Positions 57,116-64,000 of a stretch of DNA of 64,000 nucleotides are shown here, piece by piece. A program made the position numbers and the translations under genes. The stretch's first letter is position 1. Every line of letters starts with the position of its first letter. Source of the DNA: Picochlorum sp. SENEW3. Taxonomy: Eukaryota. The stretch lies in NCBI GenBank assembly GCA_034226945.1, contig CP120458.1:806001-870000 (forward strand), given 5' to 3'. A model generated the notes under the pieces. The model was not told the origin of the DNA, did not search any database, and was given only the letters and a program-made list of their open reading frames with translations.

Positions 57116-57874
57116 TCATGCAAAGAAGATCAAGGCAATGAGCAATGCCCAGTAGAAGCCAAGACATATGAAACCATTGGAAGCACCCTCACTCCCCACA
57201 TCTAGCTGCTCTTGTGCAGAATCTTCCGCAGAAGACATGGTTGTAAAGTGGGAAAGAGTACATCCACAATACAGAATTTTGGTCTCGTTGTCTTTTGACT
57301 GGTATTCCTCTGAAAAAGCAATGTATTCCTTTCTGGGTGCGCCGAGAGGGCTATATTTCCAAGACTCGTCATCGAGCAGAGCTTCACTTGTGTTGAAATG
57401 ATAGTGGAATGTGTAGTATCCTCCATTCACATGGTCATTGGCTTCTCTGACCATCCTCGACATGGCAACTATAGTGCCTTGTTCAGGATCGTTGAGCTCT
57501 TCTTCAGTATTATCCGCCTTGAGTTCCCCTTGAGTGGTCCCCGTCTCTACTTTAGGGTGCACAAGAACTGTCATCTGACGCCAGTCGTCTTCATTACCTG
57601 TGATGTTGGACAGACAAAGCGGATACGGGTCACCATCTGTAGCTGCAACCTCCACACTATCGAGGATTATTTTTGACTCGTTGATGAGTCCCTCTACGCC
57701 GCCGCGATTGAAAGCCGACTCCAGGTCATCCAGCCACATCAAGCATTTGTCCAGTACGTCCAGGGAGATCACGTCCTGGGCGCCCACCATGCGAAATTCG
57801 AATGAAATGAGAAGTGTTAGGAACCACGCGAGCACCAATGCCGCGTGACTCCCACGCGAGCTCCTCGTCTCCAT
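57116..57874 (-). CDS. Secreted or surface-anchored protein with a possible single Cache sensory domain
   Basis: Signal peptide; TVLVHP...GGYYTFHY...KEYIAF...YCGC pattern; hydrophobic C-terminus. Confidence 0.6.
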   Translation of the reverse strand: METRSSRGSHAALVLAWFLTLLISFEFRMVGAQDVISLDVLDKCLMWLDDLESAFNRGGVEGLINESKIILDSVEVAATDGDPYPLCLSNITGNEDDWRQMTVLVHPKVETGTTQGELKADNTEEELNDPEQGTIVAMSRMVREANDHVNGGYYTFHYHFNTSEALLDDESWKYSPLGAPRKEYIAFSEEYQSKDNETKILYCGCTLSHFTTMSSAEDSAQEQLDVGSEGASNGFICLGFYWALLIALIFFA

Positions 57875-58198
57875 TTCTTTGTGATCGTGCAGGTGGTCCA
57901 GTCTCGAAACCTTGAAACTCAGCGGACAGTCACCCTTTCTCTCTGGCTACCGTATATAGTATTCACTTGTGCTTTTATTATGTAGTACAGTGCTAAAAGG
58001 ATCAATATATCCCAGTTCTATACATATGATTTCACATCAATGCCCCTTTGACCAGGTCGCCTCTTGATCAAGCGGGGTACCCACACTAATTAATTATATG
58101 CTTTGCACGCACCTACATGGAGATCAAAGCCCCGAGCGCTAATATTGATTAATTTGATATGTTTGGGCTTGCATGCTTGCGTTCGAATCATTACAACA

Positions 58199-59980
58199 AT
58201 GTCAACGCGAGCGCTGAGCGGCGAGCTCAGCGGGTCGGAAAGGAGTGTTGCAAGCCTCCTGTCACAGCAGGGCTCTCGTGGCAGGGAGATACCTGTCGAA
58301 GAGGCTGGACTATTATCAAGATTGACATCCGAAAATCACGATCTCGAGGACTATCAGGACCATGCATCCCATAATGTATTGGTCAGGTGCCTTCTATGGT
58401 GGTTGAGCTGGGCAATGCCAGGCTTGGGGATGTTCACCAATGCGTATGTTTTGGTCTCAGTCGGCAACCTCATGCCACTTCTCGGCATCATGTATCCAAA
58501 CTGCTATGGAGGACAGCTGCCTCCTGATTGCAATACAGTTGCGGCAGACAGCACACAGACGATAGAGACAGCAGGGGTGATTGGTGGGATGCTCGTGATT
58601 GGTTTCATGGCTGATTGGATGGGGAGGAAATGGGGGAGTCGGTTATGCACCAGTATCATGCTCGTTGGATTGACCCTGGTTTTGTCGGCCAGCGGCACAG
58701 CCTCTCAGTTCCTGATTGTTTACCTCACCGGCTTGTGTGTTTTTGGGGTTGGGGTTGGTGGGGAGTACCCGATGGCATCCTCTTCGGCAGCAGAACGTGC
58801 CGAGGGAACAGCGGAAATACGTCATAAGAGAGGAAGGACTGTTTTACTCGTTTTTTCGCAACAAGGGTGGGGAAACTTTAGTAACGTATTGGTCATCATT
58901 ATTGTCATGGCCATGACTGGAGCCACAGGCTCCACGATATCAAAGCATCAAGCCAATATTGTGTACAGGGTTCAATTTTCAGTCGGAGGCTTCATTTTAT
59001 TGCTGCTGATGGCATACAGAATCAAATACCTGAAGGAGAGCAAGGTATGGCAGCAAGAGCGGAAAGGAGTTGATCGAGAGCTGAATCTGGAAGGTGACGC
59101 CAACAATGCCAGCAAACTGTACTTTGTCATCTTTAGAAAGTTTTGGCCCCGTCTGATCGCAACCTGCTTGAGCTGGACAATGAGTGATCTGATATTCTAT
59201 GGGAATAAGCTCTTCCAGAGCCAATTTATTGAGCTGATCTCTGGGTCAAACTCTACGCTGTTCAAACAAATGCAATGGAACCTCCTCAATGCATTCGTCG
59301 CCTTGATTGGGTACTTCTGCGCAGCGCTTCTGATTGATAACCCATATTATGGGAGGCGAAGAATGCAGTTTGTCGGATTTTTAATGACATTTCTGCTCTT
59401 TCTCATGCAAGCAATATTCTACTCGGATCTAATCAAGGATGGCAACATTTCTGCCTTTCAGGCTCTTTACTTTCTCAGCTCATTCTTCATGCAATTTGGG
59501 GCAAACTGCACAACATTTTTAGTGGCTGCTGAAGTATTCCCAACGGATGTCAGAGCATTTTTTCATGGCGTCAGTGCAGCTTCGGGCAGGACGGGTACAT
59601 TGATTGCCACACAAGTGTTTCCAAGGATCTCATCACAGGGCACATTTTACGTTGCAGCAGGCGCTGGATTCACAGGGGCGGTATTATCCCTTTTATTTTT
59701 GCCAGATACAACGGCGTTGAACATATCGGAAATTGACAGACTGAACCGGTATCTTGTAGCAGGCCGAGTTGAAAAGTATCATGGCGAGGCAGTCAACCCC
59801 AAGTTCCTGTCGCTGTACGAAATTCTGATGGGCTGGCATAGGGCATATGATGCCATCGAGGATTCTGCTCAGAAGAATTTACAGGAGGCGTCCAAACGGC
59901 TGGCAGAACTTGACATGGCACATTCTGATGAGTGCCTGGGGCAGAATTCAGGAGTGCTGAATTCACCCAATAAAAAGTGA
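58199..59980 (+). CDS. Proton/phosphate symporter (MFS, PHO84/PHT1/PTA family)
   Basis: GFMADWMGRK, signature GVGVGGEYP, FYGNKLFQ, QFGANCTTF, EVFPT. Confidence 0.92.
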   Translation: MSTRALSGELSGSERSVASLLSQQGSRGREIPVEEAGLLSRLTSENHDLEDYQDHASHNVLVRCLLWWLSWAMPGLGMFTNAYVLVSVGNLMPLLGIMYPNCYGGQLPPDCNTVAADSTQTIETAGVIGGMLVIGFMADWMGRKWGSRLCTSIMLVGLTLVLSASGTASQFLIVYLTGLCVFGVGVGGEYPMASSSAAERAEGTAEIRHKRGRTVLLVFSQQGWGNFSNVLVIIIVMAMTGATGSTISKHQANIVYRVQFSVGGFILLLLMAYRIKYLKESKVWQQERKGVDRELNLEGDANNASKLYFVIFRKFWPRLIATCLSWTMSDLIFYGNKLFQSQFIELISGSNSTLFKQMQWNLLNAFVALIGYFCAALLIDNPYYGRRRMQFVGFLMTFLLFLMQAIFYSDLIKDGNISAFQALYFLSSFFMQFGANCTTFLVAAEVFPTDVRAFFHGVSAASGRTGTLIATQVFPRISSQGTFYVAAGAGFTGAVLSLLFLPDTTALNISEIDRLNRYLVAGRVEKYHGEAVNPKFLSLYEILMGWHRAYDAIEDSAQKNLQEASKRLAELDMAHSDECLGQNSGVLNSPNKK

Positions 59981-60518
59981 CCCATCGATTATCTTGATCA
60001 CGGAATTCGATGATTTCTTCTGCACCCACTATATGAGAATGGTATAGTGATTTGCCCTGAAAATACTGAATTGCGGTCCGCAGCAGAGCTTTGGCCAGTC
60101 GGGAGGCGGTTGTCAAATCTACCTTGACCCAGCAAAAAATTCGTCGGGGAACCATCAATGCCAGGAAACCACCAGCTATCAGTTGGTGCAGGACACAGCT
60201 TTTTTCCTTCATGTGGTGGCTGGAGACAGCGCTGCTTGTGTTTTGACCAGTTTTTCCTGCCGTCTTGTAATGTCAGAGCAAAGTTGGATCTGCACTGTCC
60301 TGGATCAAGTATTTGGTTCCGAGGATTCCAATAAAAACATGAATCAATGGGTATTTTTATCGTGCAGTACTAGGAATCATTGCTTTAACCATTCTGCCCG
60401 GCACCGGAGACAAAAATTAGGACAACCTCAAGGAATATGGAGTACTTGGGGGCTCTGAGATTGGGAAGCATAGGGCATGTTTGATTGAGAGAGGTAGATT
60501 ATCTGATGGGTTCGGGAT

Positions 60519-61045
60519 TTGACTCATGAAAGCATGAAACAGTCACAGGGCGACGAAAGACGCACATACATAAAGGCGGAGAGCAGGCAACCTCTCAATG
60601 CTCTTTGCCATACAAGTAAAATTTAAATGGAAGGCAAATCGGTGCACGAATGCACTGTGATGGCACGACATATTTGTTTCTTATTTCTTCTTGAGCATGT
60701 TCTAGGACGATCCCCATACAGTGTCTTCCAGAGAAGCGAATTGAACATGTTGATTCCAGCATCCGTGTCCCTGTTCCAGGTTGTTCGAACACATGGGTTG
60801 TTTCTGCAGCCCTTCAACCTGAAAACACATCCATCCTTCATCCCTTCCATGCAGCCCGAACAATTCATTGGTGAAAATGCTTCCTTCAAACCTCCACCTG
60901 ATTCAGCATCTATGCCATTCTCCCACTGATTGTTCATGAATCGATAAGACTCAATTATAGTTTCGGAGTTAGCTCTCTTTGTGGTTGGACGGCCATCCAG
61001 ATTTGGTACGAATTTTCTGTTCCTATGACAATAACACAATACCAT
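60519..61045 (-). mobile_element. Truncated Fanzor/TnpB-like RNA-guided nuclease remnant with a structured 3' tail
   Basis: ORF 60623-61045 has KEAFSPMNCSGC (RuvC-II E + CxxC), CRNNPC, WNRDTDAGINM (RuvC-III D), GDRP; hairpins downstream. Confidence 0.7.
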
Positions 61046-61172
61046 GGTATGTAATATTTAAATTGTGTACGAGACTATGTAGTATAATTTAGAATGCTTT
61101 AAAACCGACAACGACGTTCCCTATACGCATTCCCAACAGCGGCATTGCTCATCTGGATGGGGGTTTTTGAGA

Positions 61173-62105
61173 TCACCTTCCAATAGCCCCAGGAACAGCT
61201 GGCCGACAAACGCTACCCTTATCGAAATCACAAAATGCAAATATCTCACCCCAACAGGAGCATTGCTCATCACTGGAACAGGCATCATCTTGATTGAGAC
61301 ACACATCCTGACATTTGCTATTCTGGCACTTTGTCAGTGTGCCACCACACTCACAGTCTTTATCAGTAGAGCACGAATCGGGGACTACGACACCAGAGGG
61401 GCAAGAAATTTCGGCAGGATTATCCGGGGTAATGACAATCGACAAAAGACTGCTTGTCAGAGCACTCACCAAGCTCATACCCGATTCCTGCATGAGCTTG
61501 CGTCTGCTGCCACCTGCATCAGCAGAGGTGCTATTGACCCACCGAAATCCTTCACTGTTAGACTCAAATTGATCTCCTGTTGTTGTCGTCAGTAGAGCGC
61601 TCTGACCTGGCGTTACAATAGCAGAAGCCACCTGGAACACTGCTGTTTCACCCAGACCATCCCCAGCACCTTGCAATTGCACCTGGACGCTTTTCACTTT
61701 TGATAAATCGCCAAGATTGTTGATTTCATACAAATTCGCTGCATTGGATACTCCCACCACGGATCCAACCGCCAATGGCTGCCCAGTCGACCTGCTCACC
61801 ATGATCCCATTGTCGTTGCCAACCACGCTGTCCAATTTGACCACCATGTAGATGGACCCAGCAAATGCAGCCAGCAGAACTATGAACGCCACGCACAATT
61901 GAATTATGATGGATCGAGTGAGCTTCCGGTCGTCTGCTGCCCTCTTTTCGTCCACTACCATTCCCACCAGGGCTTCAACGGACACGTGTCCATTCGGTCC
62001 ACCTGCAGAGGCTTCCAGCGTCCTGGCAACCTGACGCGGCAGCGTCCTGCATCCCAGCACCTCTGACAAGGCAAGTGTGTGGTCTTGCCCGGCGATATTC
62101 TTCAT
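61173..62105 (-). CDS. Type II membrane/secreted proprotein with RRKL cleavage motif and Cys-rich C-terminus
   Basis: One TM, SRRKLMQ, repeated C-x-x-D-x-x-C modules; another module (DEQCRCW) lies out of frame at 61121-61160. Confidence 0.65.
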   Translation of the reverse strand: MKNIAGQDHTLALSEVLGCRTLPRQVARTLEASAGGPNGHVSVEALVGMVVDEKRAADDRKLTRSIIIQLCVAFIVLLAAFAGSIYMVVKLDSVVGNDNGIMVSRSTGQPLAVGSVVGVSNAANLYEINNLGDLSKVKSVQVQLQGAGDGLGETAVFQVASAIVTPGQSALLTTTTGDQFESNSEGFRWVNSTSADAGGSRRKLMQESGMSLVSALTSSLLSIVITPDNPAEISCPSGVVVPDSCSTDKDCECGGTLTKCQNSKCQDVCLNQDDACSSDEQCSCWGEIFAFCDFDKGSVCRPAVPGAIGR

Positions 62106-62539
62106 ACCTGATAAATTCTATGAAATCGTACACAATGTTTTCAAGATGAACAATAAAATACGGTTCTTGCTTGAACCACTGAAGCTCCAGACACAACGAA
62201 CGCTTTCTCCACCGCTTCCGAGTAGATCGGAACAAGACAATGCAAAAAAATACACTCGTATAAAAGTAAATAATTTTTTTATTTTCCAGTCTTACATGCC
62301 CGGTGGTGACGCATAGTGAAAGATGAGCACAATCCTCAAATTCGGATTGAGGGGCTCGATTCTCTTGAACGAGCCTTTACTCATCCCCACTACCATCACC
62401 TCGTTTAGGCCAAGGTGTTATAATTGATTGATTGCAAACAATTGACTCAAGCCATTCGTTCTCAGTGATGAAAGGGAAGAAGTGGAATCCACACACGACG
62501 AGGCAAGCCTGGAAGTGTGCTTTGGAGGCACTGGGAAGA

Positions 62540-62725
62540 TTTTGCCACCTCCTGTATCACAGCAGCCGCCAACCTCCCATCATCCCATTCAGAGACACTA
62601 TACTGCAGCATTTCAGCCACCATGGCCGGCGTATGCTCATACTGATTCAACAAGTCAACCATGGCTGCCGACACTGCATCCAGCTGCTGGTATCGCAGCC
62701 CAGTCAGCCCCAAAATCTGCCCAGC
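62540..62725 (-). pseudogene. Internal fragment of condensin subunit CAP-D2/Cnd1
   Basis: GQILGLTGLRYQQLDAVSAAMVDLLNQYEHTPAMVAEML...DDGRLAAAVIQEVAK resembles the CAP-D2 N-terminal HEAT region; stop immediately upstream. Confidence 0.6.
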
Positions 62726-63111
62726 TCAGATCGCTAGAGGCCATTGGAAAGACACTTCCTCTCGCAGGGCTACGTGGGTACACGACAGAACAGGTTGTCC
62801 GCTTGTGTGAAACATTAGCCGACTGTGATGCCGAAGTTCGTGATGTACCTGTTTGGGTCCTGAAAGCAGCCCGCAACTTTTTGAGATCCTTCCAATGGCC
62901 AGGAGATGCTGCTGATAGACTGGCCTTTGCTGACTTGCTTTCCGCTGGCGAGGACTTTACTGCAGATATGACAGAAACCTACAGAGTCCTCGGAATGGAT
63001 GAGAGTTCTGTCTCATCGTTAGAGGACTACTTGCAGGAATACTTCACCAGAATTTTGAAAAAGCTCAAGGAGGTGGGAGCCTCATCAAAACAGACAAACT
63101 TTTATGTATAA
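62724..63111 (+). pseudogene. HCF244: C-terminal fragment of HCF244/Ycf39
   Basis: GKTLPLAG..YTT..V..LCE, FQW..AADRLAF, LEDYLQEYF..ILKKLK; N-terminal Rossmann fold absent. Confidence 0.8.
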
Positions 63112-63192
63112 CATGTGGATTGATTGATTGATTAATTAACAAACTAGTTCGTATGCGATTCGCAATCGAAAATTAGAGACCTCCATTCCATT

Positions 63193-63660
63193 TCACAGCA
63201 GATGGTAGTCTGCATCACGAGGCATGTTGACATCAGGAATGGGAACAGTACTGTCAGTCTTTGGAACATGCCAACCCTCCTTCTCGAGTTTTTGCCGAAA
63301 CAGAGTTGGATACTTCCTCTCTTCTTCTGTCCTAGTATCTTCTATTCGCACAGGAGTGCCTGTCAACAACAGCGGCTCTCTGAAATTCTCATTCAACCAT
63401 GGTGTCGGTTCAAGCCTGTAATCAATAATCCTGCGCAATGCATCAGCCCCCATACTCGACGTGATCTCATACCGAATATCCTGGCACATACGAGCACATT
63501 TGTAACCCTTCACGGTACTCAAATCAATGTATTTTGTTTCCTGTCCAGATGCAATATGACGGAGCCAGAGATTGACGTCTGCAACACCAACAACATCTGC
63601 AACTCTCTCCTCAATCGCTCGAGACAATCTGAGCAACGTCGCTTGAGCATCTGGGGCTCT
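63193..63660 (-). pseudogene. 5'-truncated gene fragment of unknown family
   Basis: ~150 open codons with no ATG start; in-frame stop just before the 63683 duplication junction. Confidence 0.45.
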
Positions 63661-63682
63661 TTAACACTCCTGCTACCATGGC

Positions 63683-64000
63683 TGAATAGCTTCTTCCAAG
63701 ATAAGGGAAAGTGCCTGGGCCATGAAAACTAACATGTATACATCGTACTTATTATTACTATACTTTGGTCAGCTCATCAGATTTAGCCTTCGTCAACGCA
63801 TCAATCTGCTTGACGTAATCATCCGTGAGTTTCTGCACAATATCTTCCAAATTCTTCCTGCCATCCTCACCGATATCACCATCCTTTTCCAGTTTCTCAA
63901 TTGACTTCATGGCATCGCGTCTAATATTCCTCACGGCCACCTTTCCCTCCTCTCCCATCCTACTTGTCACTTTTGTCATCTCTTTACGGCGTTCAGCAGT
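63683..64000 (+). repeat. Recent duplicate of 53077-53394 (HHL1 tail plus RRF 3' end)
   Basis: About 5 mismatches in 318 bp; offset 10606. Confidence 0.95.
63758..64000 (-). CDS. RRF: Second copy of the RRF 3' end (runs off the window)
   Basis: Same peptide as 53152-53394 except V>I and M>T. Confidence 0.75.
   Translation of the reverse strand, partial: TAERRKEMTKVTSRMGEEGKVAVRNIRRDAMKSIEKLEKDGDIGEDGRKNLEDIVQKLTDDYVKQIDALTKAKSDELTKV

Overview
Gene-dense eukaryotic nuclear DNA, most likely from a compact-genome green alga (Picochlorum-like trebouxiophyte; this is an inference from short GT-AG introns, TGTAA poly(A)-type signals after stops, plastid-targeted genes and tiny intergenic spaces). 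Positions 1-30.3 kb and 45.2-60 kb hold about 35 housekeeping genes, including FPP synthase, MsrB, COX5C, LAS1, CLP1, DDX1, MMADHC, starch synthase II, DONSON, TIM44, methylmalonyl-CoA mutase, HHL1, RRF, asparagine synthetase and a phosphate transporter. Four unusual things stand out. (1) A circularly permuted tRNA-Leu(AAG) gene at 31543-31658, with its 3' half encoded upstream of its 5' half. (2) A ~13 kb accessory island just downstream, with an intron-containing double-HNH nuclease gene (PIP box, E2F-like sites), a partly duplicated convergent partner gene whose two copies have identical tails but very divergent N-termini, and a Myb-like orphan. (3) A truncated Fanzor/TnpB-like nuclease remnant followed by a hairpin-rich, omegaRNA-like tail at ~60.5-61.05 kb. 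(4) A mosaic of captured gene fragments (CAP-D2, HCF244, HHL1 tail, RRF) at the right end. Exon boundaries were read by eye and family calls rest on recognised motifs; no database searches were run.
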